DNA of 32,000 bases from Promethearchaeum syntrophicum (GTDB lineage Archaea; Asgardarchaeota; Lokiarchaeia; Sigyniarchaeales; Promethearchaeaceae), in contig NZ_CP042905.2 in the NCBI RefSeq assembly GCF_008000775.2, positions 990,001 through 1,022,000 on the forward strand, given 5' to 3'. This document shows, in pieces, positions 15,883 to 26,074 of the stretch (position 1 is its first letter; each line of letters starts with the position of its first letter). The position numbers and the translations under genes are program-made. The notes beneath the pieces were generated by a model. It worked only from the letters and a program-made list of their open reading frames with translations, did not search any database and was not told the origin of the DNA.

Positions 15883-18800
15883 CTATTTTTCCCCAAATAA
15901 TAATTTTTTAAAACTTACGAGAAGATCTTGAGGATTTCCTTCAAAAGTATTAATGAAACCTTGCGTAGATTCTTGTTTTCCTCCTCCTTTCCCTTTAAAT
16001 TTATTTAAAAATTTTTTAGTAATGCTGGATAAGTTAATCTCCTTTAGATTCTGCCCGCGCATTGAGATAAAGTTTATACCCCCATTTGTGCTTCCTACAA
16101 ATAAGATTATCGCTTTTAATTCCCGTTTTAATATGCTTTTTGATAAATTTACTAATATTTTATTACTTATTTTTGGGTAAAATGCTGCGATAAATTTATA
16201 ATTATCTACAATTTCTGCATTTTTTATCAGTGTTTCTATGTTTTTTTGTCCTACCACCTTTGATATTTCAAAAATTTCGTTTTTCATTTCACTCCATTCA
16301 TCCTTTAACTTCTGAAGTTTCGGAAAAAGTAATTCTTCGGTGGTTTCAAAATATCTTGTTAATTCTTTTAACGGTTTTTTTGTCGAACGGGTTTCACTGG
16401 TTAATTCTATCATTTGTTTCGAAAAAATTCCGGTCGATTTTGCTTTAGTTAGTTCTCTCCACTTTGTTAATAATTCTTTCGCTCTTTCTAATAAAAAATC
16501 CGGTTGAGTATCTAGAAGTTCGCATAAATTTTCCGTTATTTGTTTATGTTCTTTCAAAATTTTTGTAGTTGCAGCTCCCGCTGTATATGTTAGGCGAACA
16601 ATTCCATCTTGAATCTTTTGAGATTTTAAAATCTTAATTTTACCGATTTCAGATGTGTTGTTAACATGAGTACCTCCACAAGCTTCCACTTCAACATCTG
16701 GAGTTTCCACAACGCGTATACTTTTCCCGGGAATAGCTCCACCTTGATATAATCTGATACCGTACATTTTTTCGGCTTCAGCACGGGACATAAATCTATT
16801 TTTGGATTGAATTTTCTTACTAACTATCTTATTTGCTTCCTTTTCAATTTGATCTACTTGATCGTCTGTTAAAGATTCGTAATGAGTTATATCAAGATGA
16901 GCTTTTGAGGGTGTTTTCTTTGCGCCTGCTTGATTAATATGATCCCCAAGGATTTTACGCGCCGCTGCATTAACGATATGAGTTGCTGAATGGTGTTGCG
17001 CCAATAATTTTCTTCTTTTTTTATTGATTTTTACGGAAACTGTATCTCCCTCATTAAAAGATGGTTTTTTTGAAAGCATATGAACGATACACGGACCTAC
17101 TTTTATTACATCTAAAAATGGGATATCATTAATTTTTCCAGTATCGTTTAATTGACCACCTGAGGTTGGATAGGCAACTGATGATTCTAATATTACACCC
17201 CAAGAATTCTGGTTCAAATTCTTTCCTTTATCTGAAGAACCCTCTTCTTCTTTCATTGAATTATTGGTATTATTGTTATATGTTACTTTCTGGATTTTTA
17301 GCACTTTACTTGTGTTTTCTACATCTAAATAATTTGAATAATATAGAGATTTTGTTGGTGGTAATCCTTTGATATCAATTTCGATTAATTTGTGCGTTGC
17401 ATGAACCTGAGTAATTTTTTCGTGCCTTGCCATGACTTTTCCATAGAAATCATCAGGCATTTTAATTTCTTTCCCTAACTTACGAGCGGCTGAAATTATA
17501 ATCTCTGGATTAATTCCATTACTATCATATAATTCAAGTAATTTTTCTTCAGAGATTTCTGATTTTTGGATTAATTTTTTTACAATTTTTCCTGCATTTT
17601 CTTTAGTAGCCATATATTTTTGCTTTTCGATTTCTAAGATCCTACAAACATCATCTAAATTATCACTCACTTCTGGAAAAATCTCAAACAATTCTTCCGC
17701 ATGCCATCTGCACACTTCTTCCATATTCAGATCCCAATTAAACCTGTCAATAAATCCCATTGCACGCCTGAAAATAACCCGTAAGTTATAGCCTCCTCCA
17801 ACATTTGATGGTAATTTTCCATCCGATATTGCAAATAACAAAGCTCGACTATGTTCTGCTACTGAATACACCGCAGTCATTGGGATAATTTTCTCTTTCA
17901 ATATTTTAGGATCCATATTCATTTCTTTTCCTACTCTTTCCCAAGCGATTTCCATGCTTTCTACTTCATCATTGTTCAAGAATGCGGAAAATTGTGAAAA
18001 TTTATTGAAAAGCTCCAAATCAAGTTCAATTTTTGTACGTTTTCTAATTTTAGATAGGACGAAAGGAAAAATAGCATCATAAATTGTAGGAGTCCCTTGA
18101 GAAAACCATGCAATCCGTTCTTGCCCCATTCCCATATCCAAAACTTTCAATTGTAATTCAACAGGTCCTTCTGGAGTTTGCTGGTAGAGCATGTAAACTT
18201 GATTAAATAATTCAACACCTCGACTGAAGAATTCTAGACAGGATCCATAGTTCCCACCTCCTGCCCAAACATCCTCTTGAATTTTAAATTCATGCTTTTC
18301 TAATCCAACTCCCACTACAAGAAAATCGAAAATATCTTGAAATGCTTGTTCTATATCCCATTCATCCTGAGAAACAAATTGATGTTGTCCTATCATTACA
18401 AAACCAGTGCAGTGACTTCCTGTAATACCTACATTTTCAACATCCCCAAATCTTAAACAAAATTGCGGTATTACCAATTTTTTAGCAGGTGGTGGTACTT
18501 CTCCCGAGATCACAAATGGTTGAAAAGCAGCTATTGATGCCATTGTGAATTCAGTGGTAGGATTCCAACGCGCAACCACTGGATATCGATTAAGAGGTTT
18601 ATAGCCTCGAGGTTCGAGAATTTCAACGATCTTCTTCCAGACATCTATAAATGATAGAGAATTTTTTGAGGGGTTGTTGTCAACTACTTGAAATCCTTTA
18701 TTACATCCCGGTTCCCCGCAAACATTTGATTCAGTTGAACTCCAGTAATATCTCCCACATTTTTCGCATTGAAAGCGTGTAAAACCGTTTTTTTTCAACG

Positions 18801-18885
18801 CATTTGTAGGGTAATATCTTTCTGGATCTGCTGAAGCAATTTTAATAAACTGTTTTTTTTGCGCTTTATCTGAAAGAAGTGCCAT
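15883..18885 (-). CDS. alaS: Alanyl-tRNA synthetase (archaeal type)
   Basis: 'NKNGFTRFQCEKCGRYYWS'-type archaeal N-terminus, 'WTRFNPTTEFTMASI'-like segment, 'HHSATHIVNAAARKI' and 'CGGTHVNNTSEIG' editing-domain metal motifs. Length ~1000 aa. Confidence 0.96.
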   Translation of the reverse strand: MALLSDKAQKKQFIKIASADPERYYPTNALKKNGFTRFQCEKCGRYYWSSTESNVCGEPGCNKGFQVVDNNPSKNSLSFIDVWKKIVEILEPRGYKPLNRYPVVARWNPTTEFTMASIAAFQPFVISGEVPPPAKKLVIPQFCLRFGDVENVGITGSHCTGFVMIGQHQFVSQDEWDIEQAFQDIFDFLVVGVGLEKHEFKIQEDVWAGGGNYGSCLEFFSRGVELFNQVYMLYQQTPEGPVELQLKVLDMGMGQERIAWFSQGTPTIYDAIFPFVLSKIRKRTKIELDLELFNKFSQFSAFLNNDEVESMEIAWERVGKEMNMDPKILKEKIIPMTAVYSVAEHSRALLFAISDGKLPSNVGGGYNLRVIFRRAMGFIDRFNWDLNMEEVCRWHAEELFEIFPEVSDNLDDVCRILEIEKQKYMATKENAGKIVKKLIQKSEISEEKLLELYDSNGINPEIIISAARKLGKEIKMPDDFYGKVMARHEKITQVHATHKLIEIDIKGLPPTKSLYYSNYLDVENTSKVLKIQKVTYNNNTNNSMKEEEGSSDKGKNLNQNSWGVILESSVAYPTSGGQLNDTGKINDIPFLDVIKVGPCIVHMLSKKPSFNEGDTVSVKINKKRRKLLAQHHSATHIVNAAARKILGDHINQAGAKKTPSKAHLDITHYESLTDDQVDQIEKEANKIVSKKIQSKNRFMSRAEAEKMYGIRLYQGGAIPGKSIRVVETPDVEVEACGGTHVNNTSEIGKIKILKSQKIQDGIVRLTYTAGAATTKILKEHKQITENLCELLDTQPDFLLERAKELLTKWRELTKAKSTGIFSKQMIELTSETRSTKKPLKELTRYFETTEELLFPKLQKLKDEWSEMKNEIFEISKVVGQKNIETLIKNAEIVDNYKFIAAFYPKISNKILVNLSKSILKRELKAIILFVGSTNGGINFISMRGQNLKEINLSSITKKFLNKFKGKGGGKQESTQGFINTFEGNPQDLLVSFKKLLFGEK

Positions 18886-18983
18886 ATTATTATTCGAAAA
18901 AATCTTAGATTTATGAAAAATTTTTGGAAAAAAAATGAAAACCTTTTTTTTTTTAATTGTTTCCTTATTTACTGGAGTAAATT

Positions 18984-19544
18984 ATGATTTTTTTTCCTCG
19001 ATTTGAATTAGGGTGGTTAAACGGTTGGTTGTATCTTTGTGTTTTTTATCTAGTTTTTGGGATAATAATTCTAAGTTCTCCAATGGAAGTCAGAGCACGT
19101 TTATATAGTACATCAAATTTACCAAAAAAATCAAGATTTTACTCAATTTCCACAAATATTCTTGGATTTTTTTTCCTATTACAAACAATATTTACTCCAT
19201 TGAAAACAGATTCAATTGAATTTATTCTTGGATCTTTGATGATAATTGTTAGCATTATTTGTATGAGTATCTCTCTAATTAACTATAAAAATACTCCATT
19301 GGATGTACCCGTAACTAAAGGGATTTATGAGATTTCAAGAAATCCCCAGATTATTATGATCTTGCTGACTTGGTTTGGAATTTCATTTTCTATGGGTTCT
19401 TGGGTGGCAATCATTACAGTAATTTCGATAGCATTTTTTTTCCATTTTAAAATTCTTGATGAAGAAAAAGCTTGTTTAAAACAATACGGAAAAAAATATC
19501 AAGATTATATAGAGAAAGTCTCTAGATATTTCTTTTTTTTCTAA
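18984..19544 (+). CDS. Isoprenylcysteine carboxyl methyltransferase / PEMT-like membrane methyltransferase
   Basis: Multiple TM helices and the C-terminal ICMT/NnrU-type pattern 'GIYEISRNPQIIMILLTWFG...HFKILDEEKACLKQYGKKYQDYIEKVSRYF'. Confidence 0.75.
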   Translation: MIFFPRFELGWLNGWLYLCVFYLVFGIIILSSPMEVRARLYSTSNLPKKSRFYSISTNILGFFFLLQTIFTPLKTDSIEFILGSLMIIVSIICMSISLINYKNTPLDVPVTKGIYEISRNPQIIMILLTWFGISFSMGSWVAIITVISIAFFFHFKILDEEKACLKQYGKKYQDYIEKVSRYFFFF

Positions 19545-19601
19545 ATGAATCCCAGAAATTCTGGACAATATGAGAAATATAATAAAAAAAAAGGTAGCAT
19601 A

Positions 19602-20885
19602 TCAAGGAATAGGATATACAATAAAGAAAAAATACCTTGAAAATAAGAAGAATACATAGAATCCAACCGCTAAAATAAGCAAGATTTTATAGATGATGCC
19701 ATAGATTTTATTTTCTTTAATTTTTTTATAGAATTTAAATTCTATAGTTTGCCAAATAATTCCTCCGGGAATAGTTATAAGAAGGTTGAGGGGATAATAC
19801 CATAGATAATCAATCGGATGTGAATCAAAACCATTCTCTAAACTGAACCAGAAATGATAAGCGATTGAGAAATATAATATTTGGAATAATAAAATATGAT
19901 AGGTTGATCTACTGATTTTTTTTATTATCTTACTAAATTTATTATCTAGTTTTTTCGGAAAAATCTTTAATACTATTAGAAACAGAAAAGCACTGTAGGG
20001 AAATGAGAGAAAATGATAATCTCCCCCAATCCATCCTAAACCAATTACATACATAAAATTATATAATTGATAAAAACCGTATTGTGCAAAAATAATTAAA
20101 TAAAGTAAACTTATTGGCAGCAGAATCCAGAAAATTATAGTTACCATTGATGAAATTTCATTTCCCATTGATAAAATTTCATGATCTTCAGAGATCCAAA
20201 GCCCCATCCCAATACCTGAGAACAAATAAAAAATATGAGTTGTGAAAAACATTTTCGTGAAGAACCAACCATCAATATAAATATTATAAGATAAAATATG
20301 CATGAACCACTCAATTAGAAAACAGAAAATAAACGTTGCTATTGGGGCATTTTTAAAGCAGATATATAATAATGGAAAGACTAAAATAGACCCAAAAAGC
20401 GCAGGAATGAACCACATACCAGGTCCCCATAAAAAGGTAAAACCAAGAAAACGTAATCCCTCCAAATCATATGGCCATACTTCAATTATATCAGGTTGGA
20501 AAACATAATAAACTAGCAGAAATATAATTGTCTGGATAAAATATAGAATAATATATGGGATAATATATCTTTTCATTTTCAATATGAAATATTCCTTTGA
20601 ATAGGCTTCTTTTAATGTAGTAATTCCTTTTTCTTTGAAGGAAATCCCTAAATTAAATCCCATAACGATAATAAATCCTGGAATAGCAATCCTTTCCCAC
20701 AAAGGTGACCCAAATTGAACCAAAAAATCATGGGTTGTCGAATGATCTAAAATCACTAAGAAAATCATCCACGCTTTCATTATATCTACTTGAAAAAAAT
20801 TTTTCCCAGATTTTAGGTCCCCATTAGAATCTAGATCATTTTCTGAATTCAAATCATTTTGAGATATTTCTAATTTCTTGTCCAT
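19602..20885 (-). CDS. Acyltransferase-3-like polytopic membrane protein (copy A)
   Basis: 'DIMKAWMIFLVILDHSTTHDFLVQFGSPLWERIAIPGFIIVMGFNLGISFKEKG' with ~10 TM helices. Invariant His after TM1 as in Acyl_transf_3. Confidence 0.65.
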   Translation of the reverse strand: MDKKLEISQNDLNSENDLDSNGDLKSGKNFFQVDIMKAWMIFLVILDHSTTHDFLVQFGSPLWERIAIPGFIIVMGFNLGISFKEKGITTLKEAYSKEYFILKMKRYIIPYIILYFIQTIIFLLVYYVFQPDIIEVWPYDLEGLRFLGFTFLWGPGMWFIPALFGSILVFPLLYICFKNAPIATFIFCFLIEWFMHILSYNIYIDGWFFTKMFFTTHIFYLFSGIGMGLWISEDHEILSMGNEISSMVTIIFWILLPISLLYLIIFAQYGFYQLYNFMYVIGLGWIGGDYHFLSFPYSAFLFLIVLKIFPKKLDNKFSKIIKKISRSTYHILLFQILYFSIAYHFWFSLENGFDSHPIDYLWYYPLNLLITIPGGIIWQTIEFKFYKKIKENKIYGIIYKILLILAVGFYVFFLFSRYFFFIVYPIP

Positions 20886-21061
20886 AATATACTATTTTAT
20901 TTTGTAATAATATAAAGAATCACATATATGTGAAAAACAGCTATTTATAACATAGTGAATTCAGTTGGGGGAATTTCAACCAGATAATCTGAAAGAAGAT
21001 CCATTTTATTAATTGAAAAAATCTTAGATTTATGTAAAATTTATGAAAAAAAGAGAATATA

Positions 21062-22330
21062 TCAAGCTGCTGGAATTGGAAAAACTATGAAGAAAATGTA
21101 TCTTGAAAATAAGAAAAACACGTAGAATCCAACCGCTAAAATAAGTAAGATTTTATATGTTATGCCAAAGATTTTATTTTCTTTAATTTTTTTATAGAAT
21201 TTTGATTCCAAAGTATGCCAAATAATTCCTCCGGGAATGGTAATAAGAAGGTTGAGTGGATAATACCACAAGTAATCAATTGGATGCAAATCGAAACCAT
21301 CAGCAATAGAGAACCAGAAATGATAAGCGATTGAGAAATATAGTATTTGAAACAATAGAATGTGATAGGTTGATCTACTGATTTTTTTTATTATCTTACT
21401 AAAGGTATTATTTGGATCCTTGGGAAATACCTTCAAAACTAATAAAAATAAAACAGCACTGTAGGGAAATGAGAGGAAATTATAATCTCCACTAATCCAC
21501 CCTAAACCGACCTGATACATTGCTACTCTTAAATTATAGAAACCGACAACGGCATAAATGATTAAATAAATCAAGCTTAAAGGTAGTAGAATCCAGGTAA
21601 TAATCACATTTCGAGGTGAATTTATTTCATAATCATCGGAGATCCAAAGCCCCATGCCGACACCAGAAAACATATAGAATATATGAGTTGAAAAAAACTG
21701 CCTCGTAACCCAGGGTTCAAAATATATATTGAAAGCTAATCTATGCATGATCCATTCAATAATAAAACAAGCAACAAAAGTTGCTATTGGGGTTTTTTTA
21801 TAACAAATATATAATAAAGGAAAGACCAAAATTGACCCGAACAGCGCAGGAATGAACCACATACCTGGACCGTAAAAAGGGGTATATCCTAACATCATAT
21901 ATTCTGAATAATAATAAGGTGCAACTTCAATCATTTCTGGTTGGAAAATAACATTAACAAATAAAAATATAATTGTTTGGAACAAATACAGAATTATATA
22001 AGGGATTATATATCTTTTCATCTTGGAAACAAAATAATCCTTGGAATACGCTTCTTTTAATGTAGTAATCCCTTTTTTTTTGAAGGAAATTCCCAAATTG
22101 AACCCCATTATTACAATAAATCCTGGAATAGCAATTCTCTCCCATAATGGTGACCCAAATTGAATCATAAAATCATGGGTGGTCGAATGATCTAAAATAA
22201 CCAAGAAAATCATCCATGCTTTCATTATATCTACTTGAAAATAATTTTTCCCGGATTTTAGATCAATATCAGATTTTAGGCCATTCTCTGATTTTAATTC
22301 ATTTTCGGAAACTTCCAACTTTTCGTCCAT
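21062..22330 (-). CDS. Acyltransferase-3-like polytopic membrane protein (copy B, tandem paralog of copy A)
   Basis: Near-identical N- and C-terminal thirds to copy A ('SGKN(Y/F)FQVDIMKAWMIFLVILDHSTTHDF', 'NTFSKIIKKISRSTYHILLFQILYFSIAYHFWFS', 'YFYKKIKENKIYGI.YKILLILAVGFYVFFLFSRY'). Confidence 0.65.
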   Translation of the reverse strand: MDEKLEVSENELKSENGLKSDIDLKSGKNYFQVDIMKAWMIFLVILDHSTTHDFMIQFGSPLWERIAIPGFIVIMGFNLGISFKKKGITTLKEAYSKDYFVSKMKRYIIPYIILYLFQTIIFLFVNVIFQPEMIEVAPYYYSEYMMLGYTPFYGPGMWFIPALFGSILVFPLLYICYKKTPIATFVACFIIEWIMHRLAFNIYFEPWVTRQFFSTHIFYMFSGVGMGLWISDDYEINSPRNVIITWILLPLSLIYLIIYAVVGFYNLRVAMYQVGLGWISGDYNFLSFPYSAVLFLLVLKVFPKDPNNTFSKIIKKISRSTYHILLFQILYFSIAYHFWFSIADGFDLHPIDYLWYYPLNLLITIPGGIIWHTLESKFYKKIKENKIFGITYKILLILAVGFYVFFLFSRYIFFIVFPIPAA

Positions 22331-22440
22331 AATAAACTAGTTTATTTGCAATAATTTAAAGAACTTTAGCAAATATAAAAAAACATAAAAAAGTATTAAT
22401 TAATAAATCAAATAAAGAAGATTCTGGAAAAAGTGATTTT

Positions 22441-24153
22441 GTGTCAAATAAAGATGAATCAAAAGAAACAAACAGTGTGAAAGAAAGCCCTAAAGAAAAA
22501 GACGCAACAAAAGATTTAAAGGAAATTAAGGATATAAGGGATGAAATTGATAAAAATTTGCGAGAAGTAAAAGTTTCTCTTGAAGAAAGTGATACTATTG
22601 GAAAAGATATACAAGAGGAAATGATTCTTTCTGAGAAAAAAATAAAGGAATCAATTAAAACTAAAAATCACCAATTAAAAGAAATTGAAAAATTAATTAA
22701 AGACCAGCAAGAGAAACTTGATAATATTAATGATAAGATATCGGGAATGGAATCTCTGCACGAACAACAAACTGAACGTGTCAATCAAGTAAAAAATGAA
22801 TTAGGAACATTAGAAAAAGAAAAATCAAATCTTGAAGAATTAAAAGATAAATTGAACAAAAAAGTAATAGAACTAAATAACCAAATTTCATTACAAGAAC
22901 AATCTTTTGATAAAGTAGATTCAAATTTACAGACCAAAAATATTGAATTTAAAGAAATGGAAGAGAAATTTGAAAAAATAAATTCCGAATATCAAGAAAA
23001 ACAAAATATTATTGATAATCTCGATCGTGAACATATTGAGCAAAAAGAAAAACTTGTTGATTTTAAGAACCAAATTAAAGAAAAAGACGATGAATTAACA
23101 AAAATTAAGGAATCTCTTGAATTAAGAGAGAAATATAAGCTAGATCTTGATAAAAAAATATCAGATAGAACACAAACCCAACAAATGTTATCTCAGAAAC
23201 GAGAAAACCTCACTCTAAAAATTTCAGAGCTCGAAACAATAGCTGATGAAAAAAATACAAGAATCGAAAAATTAGATGATATTCTTGATGAAAAGAAAGC
23301 ATTTAATGAAAGTATCGAGAGAGACGCCATTGCTGCTCAAGAAAAGCTGAAAACGATAAAAACAGAAATCGAAGAAAAAGATGACGAGCTTTCAAAATTG
23401 AAAGAAAATCTTGATATGAGAGAAAAATATTACGAAAATTTGGAGCAAAAGATAACAGATCACACTGAATTATATCAAACTATTGAAAATAAATATCGAG
23501 ATCTACTGAAATTAATTCCCGAACAAGAAAAGCAAAGTCAAAAATTAAAAGAAGATATTGAAAAAATCGAAAAGGAATATGAAACCAGCAATTCAAAATT
23601 AGAAAGATTAAATGAAAAAATTGATGTTCAAAAAAGTTCATTAACAAAAATCAATGAGAAAATCGAAGGTAATGATGTTTTAATAACGCAAAAAGAGAAA
23701 CGTTTAGAAGAATTAGATGCAACTTACCTAAACACACAAAATGAAAAGGATAAACTCGAAAATCAATATAATCTTTTAAAAGAAAGAATTGAAGATGGTA
23801 ATGAAGAATTAAATTTCAACCAAAAACAGAAGAAAAATTCTGAGAAAATGTTGAAAGAAGCTGAAACAAACCTTGAGAATTTAAGAAAGAAGCTTTTAAC
23901 AATGGAAAAAAATATTAGAGAAGCGGAAGCAAGAATCCAAGAAAGCATGGTTTTAACTCGCATCAGGAAAATTGCAAAGATTTATGGAGGGGCGGCATTC
24001 ATTATAGGTTTAGTGATATTTCTGTTTGGTCTAACCAGTTCCTTTCTTCAGCCCCTTCTTCCCGATTTATTTATTGCACAAATGAACACATTTCTTATGA
24101 TTTCTATGGGTTTACTTGTCTTTATTTCGGGTTTATTACAATTAAGTACCTAA
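22441..24153 (+). CDS. Long coiled-coil protein with C-terminal two-helix membrane anchor
   Basis: GTG start. About 490 residues of heptad-rich coiled coil, then 'AAFIIGLVIFLFGLTSSFLQPLLPDLFIAQMNTFLMISMGLLVFISGLLQLST'. Confidence 0.75.
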   Translation: MSNKDESKETNSVKESPKEKDATKDLKEIKDIRDEIDKNLREVKVSLEESDTIGKDIQEEMILSEKKIKESIKTKNHQLKEIEKLIKDQQEKLDNINDKISGMESLHEQQTERVNQVKNELGTLEKEKSNLEELKDKLNKKVIELNNQISLQEQSFDKVDSNLQTKNIEFKEMEEKFEKINSEYQEKQNIIDNLDREHIEQKEKLVDFKNQIKEKDDELTKIKESLELREKYKLDLDKKISDRTQTQQMLSQKRENLTLKISELETIADEKNTRIEKLDDILDEKKAFNESIERDAIAAQEKLKTIKTEIEEKDDELSKLKENLDMREKYYENLEQKITDHTELYQTIENKYRDLLKLIPEQEKQSQKLKEDIEKIEKEYETSNSKLERLNEKIDVQKSSLTKINEKIEGNDVLITQKEKRLEELDATYLNTQNEKDKLENQYNLLKERIEDGNEELNFNQKQKKNSEKMLKEAETNLENLRKKLLTMEKNIREAEARIQESMVLTRIRKIAKIYGGAAFIIGLVIFLFGLTSSFLQPLLPDLFIAQMNTFLMISMGLLVFISGLLQLST

Positions 24154-24208
24154 TCGTTTAACCACAAAAACAAAAACACATTAAAACGCAGAAAAGGATG
24201 TTAATATA

Positions 24209-26074
24209 TTGTATTCGAAAAATATGCTAAATGAAATTATTACAATTCTTGAAAATGAAGGATATATATCTAATGATCAGTTTGACTCTGTTCTCCGATA
24301 TTCAATTATCAAAGATCCAGAGTTCACTTTAATTTTAGGAGCTAAATTACCCATTAAAATTCCGATATTAAACAAGCCTCCCATTGAGCTAGTATCGTTC
24401 TATCCCTCAATTTGTATTCGTCCACGTCGATTAGATGATAGTTTTCTAACTATGGTTCGTTATTTAGCTGCTTCGTTTAAAGAAGCAATGATAATTAATT
24501 TAGAACCTTATAAGTATGATTTTAATATCGACAATTATAAATCTCAAATATCTGAATTGGTGCAAAAATTGTACCCTAATGAGAGTAATTTTGAACCTGA
24601 AGCACTAAAAAGTGAAAAAGAAGTAATCCTTACAATTAGAAACAATATTTTGAGAGATTATGATACTTTTGAAAATAGTTATATGAAAATATCACAAGAT
24701 GTTTTTGATATTTATCGTGATTTTCATCTTCTACCTACGGAACAATTACCTCCTGAACTTGATGAGGGTTTTCCTCGTAATCGACGTAATTGGGTTGTAA
24801 TTTTTAAGAAAGATAGTCCTGATGAATATTTAATGGAAGAACCAGGTTGTCTCACTTATTGGCGAGATTTTATTCATAAAAACGTATGGATCCGAACTGG
24901 ACTAGAAAGTTATAGTGTTAATATTTGGTATGAAGCATTTAAGGACCAGAACTTCAAGTTAAATTATCTATTTTATGATTGGATTATATACTGTCGTGGT
25001 TTAATAAAGAAAATTATCGAACCTATCTTGGATCAAATGCAATTTGAAGCGGGTTTACTCAAATCTTTTAGCGAAATTCGATTGTTAAAGGAATACCTCT
25101 CAAAAAATGGTTCATCAGCATTATTTTTACCCAGAATTATCTATGAAAATCTTAATTCACCTGAAAAAGATACAAGTGAACGCTTTCTATTTCAAGGGGC
25201 ACCTTGTTCTCTAGAAGAAATGAGTGCTGTTGAAGATTTTCGGTTAGCAGAATTGTTTGAAAGAAAGGGAAACTATAATAGATCTCTCGAATTACTTCTT
25301 AACGCAAAGAAAAAGCTGAAAAAATTCCATCATATTAATGGCCAGATTAAAGTAATATTCAAATTAAACGATCTTGTAATAAAGGACAAAGATTATAATA
25401 AATCGGTTGAATTTCTTAGTGAGGCTTTAGAACTATCAAAAAGTGGACAAGTGTCTGTTGTTAACATTGTTAATATCCATCTTTCTTTGGGTTATTCTTA
25501 CGCCCTTGGAAATTCTGCCTTTAAATCGGAAACTCATAACCAGATTGTAAAAACCTTCTTAAATTCTCTCCCCTCAACAAAACAAAATCAGAATTTAATT
25601 TGCCGTATGTATTTGGAATTTGCAAAATTAAACTTAATACAAGAGGAATATGAAGAAGCAGACGCAAATTTCAAGCAACTATTAAAACATATAAAGAAAA
25701 ATTCTCCCTATGAGTTTTTATACTATTTCGAACGCGCCCATTATTATAATTCCGTGAAAAACGAGACGAAACACTATCTTTCTCTAAAAAAGGCAATTGA
25801 AATTGATAAAGGACCTCTGATTGAAAGAATTTCTGCAAATTTCGAGTTGGGAAAATTCTATCTATACACAAAACAAGATTCTGAGAAAGCTATTGATTAC
25901 CTCACTAAAACTCTAACAATGATTACCGATATAGATGTTGAAAGTCTGAAGATAAAAGTTAAGACTTATGAAATTATTGCTGATGCATACCGTGCACGAG
26001 ATTATGAAGAAGCAGCTCGTCAAGCATCTGAAGAAGCGGAAAAAATTCGAGAACGCTTAGACCGTATAAATTAA
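24209..26074 (+). CDS. TPR-containing protein, unknown function
   Basis: TTG start 56 nt after the coiled-coil gene. C-terminal TPR-like units 'DFRLAELFERKGNYNRSLELLLNAKKKLKKF', 'EEYEEADANFKQLLKHIKK', 'FELGKFYLYTKQDSEKAIDYLTKTLTM', 'EIIADAYRARDYEEAARQASEEAEKI'. Confidence 0.75.
   Translation: MYSKNMLNEIITILENEGYISNDQFDSVLRYSIIKDPEFTLILGAKLPIKIPILNKPPIELVSFYPSICIRPRRLDDSFLTMVRYLAASFKEAMIINLEPYKYDFNIDNYKSQISELVQKLYPNESNFEPEALKSEKEVILTIRNNILRDYDTFENSYMKISQDVFDIYRDFHLLPTEQLPPELDEGFPRNRRNWVVIFKKDSPDEYLMEEPGCLTYWRDFIHKNVWIRTGLESYSVNIWYEAFKDQNFKLNYLFYDWIIYCRGLIKKIIEPILDQMQFEAGLLKSFSEIRLLKEYLSKNGSSALFLPRIIYENLNSPEKDTSERFLFQGAPCSLEEMSAVEDFRLAELFERKGNYNRSLELLLNAKKKLKKFHHINGQIKVIFKLNDLVIKDKDYNKSVEFLSEALELSKSGQVSVVNIVNIHLSLGYSYALGNSAFKSETHNQIVKTFLNSLPSTKQNQNLICRMYLEFAKLNLIQEEYEEADANFKQLLKHIKKNSPYEFLYYFERAHYYNSVKNETKHYLSLKKAIEIDKGPLIERISANFELGKFYLYTKQDSEKAIDYLTKTLTMITDIDVESLKIKVKTYEIIADAYRARDYEEAARQASEEAEKIRERLDRIN

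Noticed and set aside
20921-20932. Perfect palindrome CACATATATGTG upstream of acyltransferase copy A
   Set aside because: A short AT-alternating palindrome is expected by chance at this base composition.
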